A stretch of DNA of 64,000 bases from a virus. Position numbers and translations under genes: made by a program. The DNA lies in the IMG/VR virus record IMGVR_UViG_3300037808_000992, positions 36,985-100,984 of that record; one strand, 5' to 3'. Positions within the stretch are counted from its first letter, which is position 1. Each line of letters starts with the position of its first letter. Positions 18,615 to 30,800 of the stretch are shown here, one piece after another. Below the pieces are notes generated by a model. It saw only the letters and a list, made by a program, of their open reading frames with translations. It made no database searches and was not told the DNA's origin.

Positions 18615-21600
18615 ATGGCCACTTTTATTGCCATAAATGGAGTTGACGGTAGTAACGTCACGTTTGATTTTGACGGAAGTACTACAATCACGCTTACAGC
18701 CCATTCCGCTGCTGGTCCTGGACCTCTTATTGCAGCGGCAGATTGTACTTGGAGTCTTTTAGATGCACCCGCAGGGAGTGGTTTTGATTCAGCTTGGTGG
18801 GGTCCTGCTAACATACCAGGATGGCCCAACGTTAATACTATTCCGGCTGCTGTTCCTTCTTTTATCCCTGATAAAGAAGGTACTTGGTTATTTCGATGCG
18901 CCAATGCAGACGGAACCGCTGATCAAGTCGTCGTAGGTGTTCGTAGTAATCGCTCAGATATTCGTATTCCTGCTGCTGGAGAGACCAACGAAGCAGATGC
19001 TAATAGAGGTTGGGCTGTAGATCGAGATGAGGGACTCTATACTTTCGATGAATTGATTACAGCAGGTGGTATTCAGGTTTGTAAGTTAGCACCAGCCATG
19101 GCTGCAGTAGATGCCGGTGCGCTTCTTTCGTATACCGGTATTGATGACGTTAATCCTATTACGGGCGAATCAATACCTCGGGTAGATTTAGCCAGCACTA
19201 ATACGAATCCCAATTATGCCGGTGTTCTTAAAGGCGATATTGATGGCTCAACCGCAGGAATTGCTGCCGAGAGTTATGTTTGGGTATCTCGTTCAGGCAT
19301 TGTAACCGGTGGGGCTGTCGGAACCTTAGACCTGAGTACATTTACCGTAGGTGACATTGTTTACTTAGATACGGCAGCTAATGCAGGTGATCCCTTCCGA
19401 GACACTGATTCCTTTGCTTCTGCAGTTGCTGCCTTCCCGGATGTAATGATTCCCGCAGGTATTGTCGTAGACAACGCTAATCCCGGTAAGATCCTTGTTG
19501 CTCCAGGTTTAAAATACACAGGTGCAGCCGCTGTAAACGCTACCTTTAGATACAAAGGTATCGGTGACTTCTCCTCTTTGCGTGTAGGACGATCTGACGG
19601 ACTCACTATTGCGGGTGAAGAAGACGGTACAATTGAAACTATTGCTACAGCGCAAGAGAATATCGCACAAGGTAATGTTGTTTGTATCAGTTCACTGGGC
19701 GCTTATATAGCTGACTCTAGTCGTAGTATGCGAACCGCACCTTTTCAACTTTACAGGCAGGATGGTATTTTTGGTATTGCTGTCGAAGCGGTATTAAGTG
19801 GGCAACTGGGCCATTTTACAATCTTTGGTCCGGTACCGAACGCGCTTATAACAGGCACCTTAGTTCAAGGGGATGTTTATTATGTAGGTAGCAGCACGGC
19901 CAGTAGTGCATCCGCTGGAACTTTAGTTAAAAAGGGGATTTTAGAAGATCCTACTAACTCACTAAACGCACAATATCCTATCTCCGTGCATTCCGCGCCG
20001 AACACAATGGTTCCTGTGGGGGTCTATGAAAATGGGGACATCCAAATGGGTACCATTAAAGACGACGGGCTCATTAACAAAGTTCAATCTACACAATATT
20101 ATCAAGATGGGGAAAATGTAACTTGGAACGCGAATATCTTATCTGTAGACAATGCCAATGTTTACCACCCCGCAGATGTTACTGTAAGTAACGGGTTAGC
20201 CAATGTAAATCTTCCCGATACCATTACTGATGTTTCTGCTGATCCAAGCTCATTATACGAAGCGCCTATAATGGCGGACTCTTTGTATGACATCGCTAAC
20301 GATCAACTCGGCGGTAACTCTTTTCCAGGCGGCATGGACACACCCGGCGCTCCCTTAGAGAAAGCTGTAGGTACGGGTTGGGATCCCAGTGCGTTAGCTA
20401 ATACTGTTGAGTTGTTTGGATCTTTTGCCGTAGATAATAGATATAGAAACGGTACTAACCCTGTAAAAATAGTAGTTTACGGATACACAAATAATTCTGC
20501 CGTGGGTAACATTGAAGTAGATTTAATGGTTCGATTTAATGCTTGCGGACAAGCAATAGACGCCGCAACTACCACCTTATACGCACCAACGCACTTCTCC
20601 ACAGCCGCCGGAACACAAACTGCTGTCTGTTTAGAATACCCTCTCTATGAGGAGAGCGGTGGTAATCCGGCTAATTTTATAGGGGTTTTAAATCAAATAT
20701 CTGGCGCGGATATTTCTTCTGTTGATTTTAGTATGGAGCGACAGGACGTAATAGACACCGGGTTTATTGTTACAAAAGTTGTTCTTGTCTCTACCTACTC
20801 CAGTATTAGTCGGTTTGAGAGTGAGCCGTATGGAGAATACGAGCATCAGGTTCCTGGTCCCGCTCTATACGACAGTTTTACAAATGCCCCTCGGGTCTCT
20901 AATCAAGCTATAGGTACCGACAACGCTGTTGGTTTTTCCATGAGCGATGCCGTTGCTTCTGGTACGGGATTCGCGACAGGCTTTGTGCCTCTAGATGATC
21001 GGGCTTCCGTTTTTGATATGAATGTTCGTGTAACTGGGCAATACAAAGGTAATATCCCCGCAGCCACCATCGATCTTGAATTATCCGTGCGGTTGGAATA
21101 CTGCGGCAACAATTATCCGGTATTGTTGGGCGCAGGTGATTTCCAAAGCTCAGTTAGTCTTACCCCGGCACATAATACATTATTCCCTGCAACAACGTAT
21201 GATGAGCTATGTTTTGACTTTACTATTCCGCAGGCGGTTTTTGCATTCTCTGGGATTTATGGCCCTGCTGGGATGCCCGTTTTACACTACACGCTGATTC
21301 GTCGCGGTGTTAACCCAGATCCCGTAGAGTTATTTTTTCACATTACCAATATTCAGTTTACGCAGAGCAATTCTGGTGAGGATAACGATGAAACTTATGA
21401 AAATCACTTACCCTCTGTTTTTTCAATAAACGGGGTATCTGGCAATTATAATTACACAACTGCTGGGGATGCATTAGATGATTATGGCGGCTTTAGAATG
21501 CCTTCTGGAGGTACTGAAACTCTTCTTGCGGCTGTAAATTTTGATGCTCGTTATAATGAACGCGATTCTATAGAAGTAACAGTTATCGGCGGTATCTCTA

Positions 21601-22568
21601 GCGCAGGCGCTGATGTAACTCTCGATTTTTCGTGGGAAAGTCTTTATTGCTCCGGTAGCGTTCCGGCTTTAGCTAGTTATCAGCCTCGCAAAAGAGGGGA
21701 AGTCGATACAGCAGCGTATGCCGCTGATGTACATATAACGTGCCATACCTTTTATTTAAGTGCGCATGAGGTTTGGGGGGACAACGGGATCCCTTCAGGG
21801 GCTCCTATAGACCACAACACTTTAATGTTAAAGGTTAGCCGCGCTGATGCTTCCGGTAACCTGTACACAGTTTTAGCTATCTCCGCCCGATCTGATTCGT
21901 CAAAACGGTTTAAACCGTTTGATGGGTTTATTAATATTTCGGAAGATCGAACTACTCCCGACCGCAGTCGTTTATTAATACCTGGAGGATCGCGTCACGA
22001 TCTTACAAAAGATATTCTTCTTTCGACACAACGGTATACATGGACTTATGGATTAGATGGTTCCGTGGAAGTACTTCCTGCCGCGAGTACCGCACTACAA
22101 CCTGCCGGGATACCCAGTGGTTCTGCCACCACTTCAAATGACAAACCGGGGTACTTAATACCTTATAATGTGGCTATTGTGGGTGTTTTTGGGTGGCTAG
22201 AAAACGAGATTGCGGCGGGGGACGCGCTTACTGACGCTACTATTAAACTAAGTCTTTATGATGTTCCCAATAAAAATGCCGGTGTGGTTTCTAGAGACAA
22301 TGAGGAAGGGGTCTACCACTTCCCGCTTACTGTTACTATCGATGATTCGGATAATTCTTTTAGATGGACCGGTAACGAATTAAACCTTGAGGCTACAGAT
22401 ACCCATAATTTACCTTTGGTTTACCTACCTTCTGACTACAGTGGAGGGGTTGGTGCTTTTGTGCGTTGGTTATTGACGGTTGAATTTCATAATGACCACG
22501 CCGGAAATACTTATTGGCCACTAGGCAACGTGATGGTGGAGGTAGCCCTCCTCCCAACGGCTGAGTAA
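18615..22568 (+). CDS. Large baseplate/tail fibre protein, 1317 aa
   Basis: WSLLDAPAGS...FIPDKEGTWLF Ig/PKD-like N-term, IPAAGETNE..RGWA, then repeated beta-sandwich blocks. Confidence 0.6.
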   Translation: MATFIAINGVDGSNVTFDFDGSTTITLTAHSAAGPGPLIAAADCTWSLLDAPAGSGFDSAWWGPANIPGWPNVNTIPAAVPSFIPDKEGTWLFRCANADGTADQVVVGVRSNRSDIRIPAAGETNEADANRGWAVDRDEGLYTFDELITAGGIQVCKLAPAMAAVDAGALLSYTGIDDVNPITGESIPRVDLASTNTNPNYAGVLKGDIDGSTAGIAAESYVWVSRSGIVTGGAVGTLDLSTFTVGDIVYLDTAANAGDPFRDTDSFASAVAAFPDVMIPAGIVVDNANPGKILVAPGLKYTGAAAVNATFRYKGIGDFSSLRVGRSDGLTIAGEEDGTIETIATAQENIAQGNVVCISSLGAYIADSSRSMRTAPFQLYRQDGIFGIAVEAVLSGQLGHFTIFGPVPNALITGTLVQGDVYYVGSSTASSASAGTLVKKGILEDPTNSLNAQYPISVHSAPNTMVPVGVYENGDIQMGTIKDDGLINKVQSTQYYQDGENVTWNANILSVDNANVYHPADVTVSNGLANVNLPDTITDVSADPSSLYEAPIMADSLYDIANDQLGGNSFPGGMDTPGAPLEKAVGTGWDPSALANTVELFGSFAVDNRYRNGTNPVKIVVYGYTNNSAVGNIEVDLMVRFNACGQAIDAATTTLYAPTHFSTAAGTQTAVCLEYPLYEESGGNPANFIGVLNQISGADISSVDFSMERQDVIDTGFIVTKVVLVSTYSSISRFESEPYGEYEHQVPGPALYDSFTNAPRVSNQAIGTDNAVGFSMSDAVASGTGFATGFVPLDDRASVFDMNVRVTGQYKGNIPAATIDLELSVRLEYCGNNYPVLLGAGDFQSSVSLTPAHNTLFPATTYDELCFDFTIPQAVFAFSGIYGPAGMPVLHYTLIRRGVNPDPVELFFHITNIQFTQSNSGEDNDETYENHLPSVFSINGVSGNYNYTTAGDALDDYGGFRMPSGGTETLLAAVNFDARYNERDSIEVTVIGGISSAGADVTLDFSWESLYCSGSVPALASYQPRKRGEVDTAAYAADVHITCHTFYLSAHEVWGDNGIPSGAPIDHNTLMLKVSRADASGNLYTVLAISARSDSSKRFKPFDGFINISEDRTTPDRSRLLIPGGSRHDLTKDILLSTQRYTWTYGLDGSVEVLPAASTALQPAGIPSGSATTSNDKPGYLIPYNVAIVGVFGWLENEIAAGDALTDATIKLSLYDVPNKNAGVVSRDNEEGVYHFPLTVTIDDSDNSFRWTGNELNLEATDTHNLPLVYLPSDYSGGVGAFVRWLLTVEFHNDHAGNTYWPLGNVMVEVALLPTAE

Positions 22569-22571
22569 CAG

Positions 22572-23519
22572 ATGCCATCTAATTGCGCCGGTTGGGGGTT
22601 AGAGTTTTGGGGAGGGGGACCGTGGGGTTCCGCTGACTTAACTGCACCACAGATTATTAGTATAAATCCTTCTTGCGGATCTATAAATGTCGATCCTTGC
22701 CGGGTGTTTACAATTAAAGTGGCTGATATTGGGTGTGCAGGATTAGATATAAGCTGCGCGACCATTAGCATCAGCGGGCTTTTAATATTTGACGGTTCCT
22801 TAGTCCCTCCCGGCACACCTCCTGGCGCAGGGTTTGATGTAGGGTTTCGAGCGCCATGCGCTGGAACCAGTGCGTTTACAACAGAACTAGATCCTGTTTA
22901 CGGAACGGTGTGGGTGTTTACTTTTAGCTGCGGGTGTTTTGAGTGCGGCAGTGCGCTTTTACTAGAAGCATCTTTTTGCGACCTCAACGGACATGTCACT
23001 GAACTTAAAAACTGCGGGTGGCGAACTGTAGACTGTTTCTTTATTGAAAACGTTGAAATCTTAGACAACAAGCACTTTCAATTAAATTTCTCGAACCCTG
23101 TTACAGTGGGAGAGAGATTAAATCCGGCACTCTATGACATCAATAGCTATCGAATCACTGCTGCGGATGGCGGTTTGGTAGCCGGAACGGATGTTATTGT
23201 TAATAGTATTTTCGTAGGAAAGTCTATTACAGCTAATTACGTTATTTTAGAATTGAAGAATGCAGTTACTCCAGGAGCCATGTATGAGTTTACAGCGGCT
23301 TCCACAATTATAGATATGCACAAACAAAATTTACGGAATATCGGTAATAATGTAGGTTTGGTGCGTCGTACTAAAGTGGATAAAGTGATTTCAAATTTAC
23401 CGGAAATGTATAGTAATTCATTTACGTCTGTGTTTGACGAGAGCTTACACTTTGTATCGCCGTACCACATTATTGCAGCCACTGCGGTTGAAGACGAAAA
23501 GATTGGGGGAGACTTCTAA
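22572..23519 (+). CDS. Cys-rich Ig-like baseplate-associated protein
   Basis: WGLEFWGGGPWG aromatic N-term; APQIISINPSCGSINVDP Ig-like start. Confidence 0.5.
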   Translation: MPSNCAGWGLEFWGGGPWGSADLTAPQIISINPSCGSINVDPCRVFTIKVADIGCAGLDISCATISISGLLIFDGSLVPPGTPPGAGFDVGFRAPCAGTSAFTTELDPVYGTVWVFTFSCGCFECGSALLLEASFCDLNGHVTELKNCGWRTVDCFFIENVEILDNKHFQLNFSNPVTVGERLNPALYDINSYRITAADGGLVAGTDVIVNSIFVGKSITANYVILELKNAVTPGAMYEFTAASTIIDMHKQNLRNIGNNVGLVRRTKVDKVISNLPEMYSNSFTSVFDESLHFVSPYHIIAATAVEDEKIGGDF

Positions 23520-26500
23520 TGGTAGACATATACCCCCCAGGAATCTCCCCTCTTCACTTGAGTTCTTTGACGCAAGATGAAGAGAGTTCGTTACGCTTTA
23601 TTTATGAAAACACTCTTGTAAATTACGCACAGGATTTATACCTCGGTTTCATTAGTGCTGACGAGGGGTTAGATCGCCCTCCTGTATTCTTCGGTAACGA
23701 TGACCAGTGGAGAGCTATTCTTAGGGCCTTAGGATTTAACACGCGCCATACCCGATTGGCGCTCAAAGAAGCTTTTGAGCCCATCTTAGGCCCGATGAAA
23801 ACTCAGGTGGCGGTGTTAGATAGAACAACTTACGCCGATATTAATCCGGGTGATCAATTAGTTATAACTTCTGGTGTGAATGCGGGTAGTTATGCAAGTT
23901 TTAGCATGGAGGTTCTCACCAACCAATTGCTTTTCCCCGCTGGTACTTTTGGTACAGCACCTGATCCTACTCCGTTTTCTTATAATATTGCCGGTACCCA
24001 GGGTGTTCTGTCAGCAACGATCATTATTGATGAATTTGGTCGAGAAGTATTAATTGATGGCAGTGTAATGTTTATTAATACCCACGATAGAGATTACCTA
24101 ACAAAGGTTAATGAGCGATTCGTTCAATTTGGGAAAATCCAAATTGACAAAGCTTCACCTAATACATTTCAAATGTTGGACCCTCAGCTTATCGGGGTGC
24201 TCAATACATTTCCTATTGAAAAGTCCTTTGATATGAATTTTTATGATCGCCTAGACACCGGCATCATGAAGCTTTCTAAGCGCCCTACGGCAACTAGGCA
24301 TAAATACATGCCTGTGAGCAGTACAAATTTGTCAGAGACTAGTCTTAGCGGAGCACTGACACTGACTGTAAAGGATGGGAGTGTGTTTCCGGCAGCGGCT
24401 GTTCCGGCTCCTGTGATTAATGCCGGTGTTACTAATTTAATTATTACAACGGGTGCTGCTGCAGGCACCTATTTAATAAATGCAACATCCTCCAACACGC
24501 TAACTATTGACCCCGGTACGCCTCTTCCGCTTGGTGGTCCTTTAGATGGACTCCATTACTTTATCAATACAGGTGCCTCAGGCTCATTCGTAAGTTTTTC
24601 AGGGCGCATTACGAACACGACTACTTTCTTTGATCCGGCTCAGAATTTTGATGCAGTGTCGGACGCACAAAGGTTCAGTGTTTTAATTAATCGTGGTGAG
24701 CTTAATGAAGAGGTGTTGGAGGTGGAGTCTAGAGCCGCCAACGTACTCACTCTAGTAACAGATCCTAATTCCGATCCTTCTAATTTAAGATCCCTGCTTC
24801 AATTTGATCACCTAAGGCATGAAAGTATCGAACTGGCGAATTTAAACTATTCGTCTACAGGCTCTTACTTCATTTTAGATGCAGGTGGAAATACGGTTGG
24901 GACTGCAGATGTTGGGTCAACTACAACTGTTTTAGACGATGTGGGTGCAACGTTTTTAAACACCCTCACTCCTGTGTTAGACGGTCTTAACCCTGCCGAT
25001 GGTTTGGCTGATGATGTAGAAATTGTTACAGATCCCTTAGGATTAAATACAGGACTTAAACGCTCTATTGTAGCTTTTGGTGGTGCAACTCAAATTACAG
25101 TAGATCCTCCGTTTCCATCTCCTATGGCAGGTTGTACCTATCGAATAATTAAACGGTATCGAGCCACTGCTACTCCCGACAACATTCTTTATCTTGAAGA
25201 CACGTCAGGATTTCCGTTGGCTAACTTCCCGGTTATCTTAGACAGGGGTGAAGAGAGCGAAGAAGTAGTCTATATCAGTGCTAACAATGTAAACCTGAAT
25301 ACGCTTACTATTTCAAATAATGAGACTGGCACCGTCCTGGTCCCAGTCCCACAGGTTGCAACCACCCATGATTTTGGCATGACTGTAGAGGCTGCTCAAG
25401 TTCTATTGCCTGGTTGTGAGTGGCACATTATTGAAACTCAAGCGACGGGCGAGTTTACGATAGCCAGCAAAGAAGAGTGCGTACCTCCTGTAAACACTGC
25501 GTGGAAACTCCACCAAGACTTTCCTATTGAAAAGTCTCAATACGCTGCTGCGAGCGTAGCCGTAAACATATTGACGGGTAACGACACTATTACGCTAAGT
25601 AATATATTAACCGATTTCCATAACCCACTTGGAAACCCCTCGTACCCAGGGACAGTATTCAGCCCTATCACTATTACGGACAGTGCGGTTGGTGGAAACA
25701 CGGAAACAGTATTTGCCACAGAGTTGTTTGGGTACACAACCTTAGCAGAGCAAGTTCAGGTCGATCCCCTGGTCCCTCCCACCCAAGATATAATAGTTTA
25801 CGACGCCTCTGAGTTTTCTCCGGGTGATGTACTTTCTATAGAGCATTTAACGGGCGCAGCAGAAACAAGAACAATAGCAGTGGGGGGTATTGTTCAAAAC
25901 GCGAATAGGACCTACACAGTTACCTTAGCTTTGGCGCTGTTGAACGAGCATAATGTCGGGGCGACGGTTCAGTTAGGAACTCCTATTTTAAAACTCGCGC
26001 ACCCTATTTTATCGACAGGCACTCCTGCGTTTGCCGCAGCCACCACAACCGTTTTATTAACCTATCTAGATTCTGATTACAGGCACTCAAGTGCAATGCT
26101 TCCTGAGACTGCTTACTCAGCTACAGTAGGTACAACTGTAGATACAGTGTTTCAAGACGGACATAACCTCTACCCTTCTCTTGTAGGTCAGGAAATTGAA
26201 GACACTAACGTTGGCGTCGTTCACCCCAATAAACAACGACCAATCATTAATATTAAAGGACTTACCTCAGGACTCACCGCAGGTCACCACAAAGCAGATG
26301 TAACGCCTGCATTTGCTAATCCAATCACCGGTTATAAAGTAAATTCAAGATTACAAATTGGTGATCCTTCTGAGGTAATAGGCAATCCTAAAGCAACCAT
26401 CCCTGGACCCGCTATTCCGGCTAAAGACTTATTTACTGGTTCTTATATTTATCAAAAAGTAGATGACTTTCTCACTTCAGTGGATCAACCAAAAACTACC

Positions 26501-27865
26501 AAAACTACTTTAGCCTCTAGTATCGACCCTGCGTATCCCACAGCGGTGTATCGGATTCCAGCACCACAAAAGATGATTAAGTTTCCGCTTATCCCTTACT
26601 CGCCTGTCTCAGGTGGTACGACAAGCATGTTAGTAGACTTAGCGATACCTGACTTTACAAATATTTTTAATAGCCCCATACCTGCTGATGCAGTTTCAGC
26701 GGTGGGACAGACTTTAGAGATAATGGGACCTTCCAGTAGTTTAAATTATAAAAAGAAGGTTACTGTTACTTTTGCGGCAGGAAACGTTGTGTTGCTTTCC
26801 CCTCCTTTACCGGTGTCAGTAGACGCAACCCAAACCTACCGTTTGCATAGTAATTCTAATCCAGCCCTCGCGTTTGGGGCTACGGAATTTTATATTGATG
26901 ATGCAAGCTTGTTCCCTATTTCTGCGCAGAATCCTTTCTCGATTGTCATTGATGATCCGAACAAACCCACCATTAAGGATGTTGTTGAGGTTGTCGGCAT
27001 AGATAACATCACAGGAAAAATCACCCTCGCGCCGGTAGAAAATATATTACATAACTACAGCGAAGGGACTGTGGTGTCCTTGTTAGTCACCGCTATTGCA
27101 GTCAACAGCGTATTTGATTTCCCTACATCAGGCGGTGGTTTCTATTTGGATTACGGATTTAGAGGCAACACTGTAACAAGGTTTCCTCTTGAAGTAGATG
27201 GGGTTGTTTCGGGGGTTGTAGATTTAGGAGCAGGCGATGTCGCTCTTACGGACGACAATGCTTTGTTTACTCAATACGGGCACCCTCAGTCTCTTGTGGG
27301 TTATACGATTCGCGTAACGACGTTTGCCCCTGCGGGAATTGAAACCGGAGTTATTTTTAATGTCGCTAACAACGGCACTCTTCGCATATCCGGTCTTACG
27401 TTTGCTAATTTAAGTATTAACGACACCTATCACATCTATAACTCCAGCACGGACGTAGATGATATTGAGCCGGGAACTTTTACGGTAGACGGCACAGGAC
27501 ACGCTGTAGAACCTTTTAACCGTGTAGGCGGTATCTTTACCAATATCGTCTCAAAAACCCCAGGAACCACCCACGACGCCCGCTCATCAAGTGTTGTTGA
27601 AGAGTACGTAGATTATAAAGAAGTAGATGGTAATGTTCTTGTGCTGTCGTCCCCTACAGTATTTAATTACGCCCACCCAACGGGTAGTGAAGTTAGGGTG
27701 GGGAGTGGTGAATTTGACACAGTAGGAGATGGTTCGGATTTCAGACCCTATCTTGCGCAGAACTTTTTAGAAGTGTTGTTTAATCCCTATATTTCTAGTT
27801 TCTATAGATTATTTAAAGCAGCCGGTATTGAAGCAAAGACTGATACCAAATCATTAGGAAGTTAA
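23519..27865 (+). CDS. Large baseplate wedge/fibre-associated protein with nested beta repeats, 1448 aa
   Basis: N-term GLDRPP..DDQWRAILRAL (tail protein I-like), C-term FKAAGI; several DxSxFP...EE...H..G..V repeats. Confidence 0.6.
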   Translation: MVDIYPPGISPLHLSSLTQDEESSLRFIYENTLVNYAQDLYLGFISADEGLDRPPVFFGNDDQWRAILRALGFNTRHTRLALKEAFEPILGPMKTQVAVLDRTTYADINPGDQLVITSGVNAGSYASFSMEVLTNQLLFPAGTFGTAPDPTPFSYNIAGTQGVLSATIIIDEFGREVLIDGSVMFINTHDRDYLTKVNERFVQFGKIQIDKASPNTFQMLDPQLIGVLNTFPIEKSFDMNFYDRLDTGIMKLSKRPTATRHKYMPVSSTNLSETSLSGALTLTVKDGSVFPAAAVPAPVINAGVTNLIITTGAAAGTYLINATSSNTLTIDPGTPLPLGGPLDGLHYFINTGASGSFVSFSGRITNTTTFFDPAQNFDAVSDAQRFSVLINRGELNEEVLEVESRAANVLTLVTDPNSDPSNLRSLLQFDHLRHESIELANLNYSSTGSYFILDAGGNTVGTADVGSTTTVLDDVGATFLNTLTPVLDGLNPADGLADDVEIVTDPLGLNTGLKRSIVAFGGATQITVDPPFPSPMAGCTYRIIKRYRATATPDNILYLEDTSGFPLANFPVILDRGEESEEVVYISANNVNLNTLTISNNETGTVLVPVPQVATTHDFGMTVEAAQVLLPGCEWHIIETQATGEFTIASKEECVPPVNTAWKLHQDFPIEKSQYAAASVAVNILTGNDTITLSNILTDFHNPLGNPSYPGTVFSPITITDSAVGGNTETVFATELFGYTTLAEQVQVDPLVPPTQDIIVYDASEFSPGDVLSIEHLTGAAETRTIAVGGIVQNANRTYTVTLALALLNEHNVGATVQLGTPILKLAHPILSTGTPAFAAATTTVLLTYLDSDYRHSSAMLPETAYSATVGTTVDTVFQDGHNLYPSLVGQEIEDTNVGVVHPNKQRPIINIKGLTSGLTAGHHKADVTPAFANPITGYKVNSRLQIGDPSEVIGNPKATIPGPAIPAKDLFTGSYIYQKVDDFLTSVDQPKTTKTTLASSIDPAYPTAVYRIPAPQKMIKFPLIPYSPVSGGTTSMLVDLAIPDFTNIFNSPIPADAVSAVGQTLEIMGPSSSLNYKKKVTVTFAAGNVVLLSPPLPVSVDATQTYRLHSNSNPALAFGATEFYIDDASLFPISAQNPFSIVIDDPNKPTIKDVVEVVGIDNITGKITLAPVENILHNYSEGTVVSLLVTAIAVNSVFDFPTSGGGFYLDYGFRGNTVTRFPLEVDGVVSGVVDLGAGDVALTDDNALFTQYGHPQSLVGYTIRVTTFAPAGIETGVIFNVANNGTLRISGLTFANLSINDTYHIYNSSTDVDDIEPGTFTVDGTGHAVEPFNRVGGIFTNIVSKTPGTTHDARSSSVVEEYVDYKEVDGNVLVLSSPTVFNYAHPTGSEVRVGSGEFDTVGDGSDFRPYLAQNFLEVLFNPYISSFYRLFKAAGIEAKTDTKSLGS

Positions 27866-27866
27866 G

Positions 27867-30800
27867 ATGCCCAAAGAATTAAATATTGTCCCTAACGAAC
27901 GTATTGACCTTGATGATTTTAAATATGGAACATCAACGTTTACCGTAGATTCTTTACGAGACCATGTTAACCGACTGATGAGTGGCGACTATCGGGGTGG
28001 TTTTGTTCTTGAGGGGTTTCGAATTGAGACAACCAATACTCTTCGTGAAATTGTAGTCCACAATGGTGTTGCTATAGATCGGTTTGGTCGTTTAGTGACG
28101 GCTGAGGATGATCCTTTTACTAAAAATACCGATCTTCAACAGGCGTATACCTTTTCTGAGACAGTAGGCGCTCCCGTTAACCACTTTGTAATGATCGAGT
28201 TTGAGTTTGCGGACTCTGATTTAAAGCAACGCGTTGTTTGGGATCCTACTTTCCCAAATCCTGATATTGTGGATAGTGACAATGACTTTGTGCCTGCCCC
28301 TAAAGGCAAAGAGTTCTCCATTGATATTCCTGTAAGACGCGCAAAGCTTTGGAAGATCGTAACTACTTCTGGGGCTGGTACTGGATTTACAGACTCCACT
28401 GATCCTAATACGCTGCGCATTCCAATTGCAATTATCCCAGTGACAACAGATGCGCTTGGAGGCATTGATATTCCCGTAGCTGATACGGAAAAACCTCGAA
28501 CTACGGTAATGGAGAAGCCGGGGACTGACAACCAAAGCGACTTAGTAGTGGCTAATAGTCGGGTCATTCAAGATAACGACTCAATTAAAATTTTAAATTA
28601 TAGAACTGGAACCCCACGCACTTTTACAGTGGGGGGAGTTCCAGGTATAGAAGACATCCCCTATGCATTTAATGATCGAGACAATAATGAACTTAGCGCA
28701 CTAAGTGTTGGCGGCGGTATGCTTGATGTTGAAATTGGCGATATCATTGTTAACGCAAGTGACCCGACATTAAACTTCTTAAAAGAAGGTTGCCGATATG
28801 ACTGTCGGCCTATGTTCTTCTCATTTACTGATCCAACTTCAGCTACAGCAGAGCCTTTAAGTGATCCCGAACAAGAAACACGTAATATGCGTTTTTTATC
28901 TGGTGAGTCTTTGCTTCGGCACACCAATATTGGAACTGCTCCCTGGAATACGGAAACCGGCTACCCATCCTCAACAGCAACTTACCAACGTGTGGTGGAA
29001 GAGTTTCCTGAACGTGCAGAAGATAGATTAAAACAAAAACAAGATTTCTTCCGTGCGCTCGCTGCCATTGTTCGAGAGATGAAATACGGCGAAGAAACTG
29101 ATATTGCTAACAACCACGCCGTTAGCGCAGGGATAGCTTACGGCACTACAACCGAAACCAACACAGAGAGTAAGTTCGGGTTACTCATTGCCAACGGATC
29201 GATTCCCGAAGGGGAGATCACCACCTCCCTCATTGGATCTATAATAGTATGTACTGCTGGAGCCGCAGTTGGTGAGCGCAAAGAAATAAAAAGTGTAAGC
29301 GCCCCAACCAACGCAACCGCCACCCATCAGCAATATATTGTGGAGACTACACCGTTTAGTGTGCCGATTACTCCAGGAGCGTTTGAATTCTCTATAGAAA
29401 AGAGAATCGATAAAACCACTAAATACGTAGATAACTACAGAACAGGCACGCTAAATGAAGTTTATCGAGCCCGTATTGATCGGATCTCTAATACCTGGAG
29501 TAACGATCTCCAAGAACGATTGCGAATTAACAAAATTCCGATTGTTACAGTGGGTGACGGCTACAAAAGCTTTGGTGACTACAACGGTAACCAGGGGCTG
29601 GAGCAGGCGTTTAGCGATGTAGCGGTCTTAGGTGACGGCGGTATTATTTATGTTAAGCGGGGTAATTATTCATTAGCTGCCGCAGGTCCTGTCGTAATCA
29701 AATCAAATACCGTGGTGATGGGGGAGGGTCCAGGCATAACGAATATTGTATTTGGGGATGAATCCACTTATTTTAGTTTTGATCCAGAATTGGGATTACT
29801 TAGTACAAAAATTGAAAACATAATTTTTAAAGATATCTCAATTACAGCGGCTGATGTGGCTGACGTTACTATTGCCGGTAAAGGAAAGATATTTCAGCAT
29901 GTTGGTTGGGCGATTCCGCTTGAAAATTTCCAATTAGACAACGTTCACTTTAAGGGTGGATCCGTATATTTAGCTACAGGAGCTTCTCCAGGGTTAACTT
30001 ATAGGTATATAGGGGACATCCTATCCAACGGTAATTTCAAAGCTAATAAAAATATAGTTTTTAAAGATTCCATATTTAGTGTTGAAGGGGGAGGTTTTAA
30101 TTTAGTTAGTTGTAGAAATGTAAAAATACAGAATTGCACCTTCCAATCGGAAAATGATGATTTTGCGTTTGTAGGAATGTCAGAAGGTATCGTTTTAGAT
30201 GGAAATGATCCTTGGGGTCCAGGCGGGGCTTTTTACGGCTCTACCACTACTGCTTTAGCTTTGGGCGAAGTATCGATCTCTGATTGTAAATTTCTCGGTA
30301 CACAGACGGCTATGGCCCCCTTTTCTGTGCCGACGAGAGGGTGGATATTTGCTACTCCTGAATACGAGGGAAGTCCTGTATCCGTTAATAATTGTCAATT
30401 TATTGGGGATAGGGTTGGTTTAAATAATCCGGGGGTTGTGGGAGAAAGACCCATAACCCACGCGGATAGTCGTGCTGGGGCCGCTATCCACTTTGCCTCT
30501 ATATCGGAATTATTAGTAAAGGGTTGCTTAATACATACCCACCTATACGGTGTCGTTGCCCCTGCAACGGTTGCCACTATTGAATCTACAGATTTCTTTG
30601 AAAATACTTGGGGAGTAGTTTTAGGCAACGATTCAACTTCAAGTTTATGGAATTATAGTGGGTTAGGCGCTGCTTGGACGCTATCGGATATAGCGGATGT
30701 CTCTGTTCTTGGGTGTAATTTTTTTGGAAGTGGGACCCTTCTTAGCCCAACGCCCTCGTCAACCGGTTTTCAAGTGTGGAAGTTTGACTCTACCTCTGAT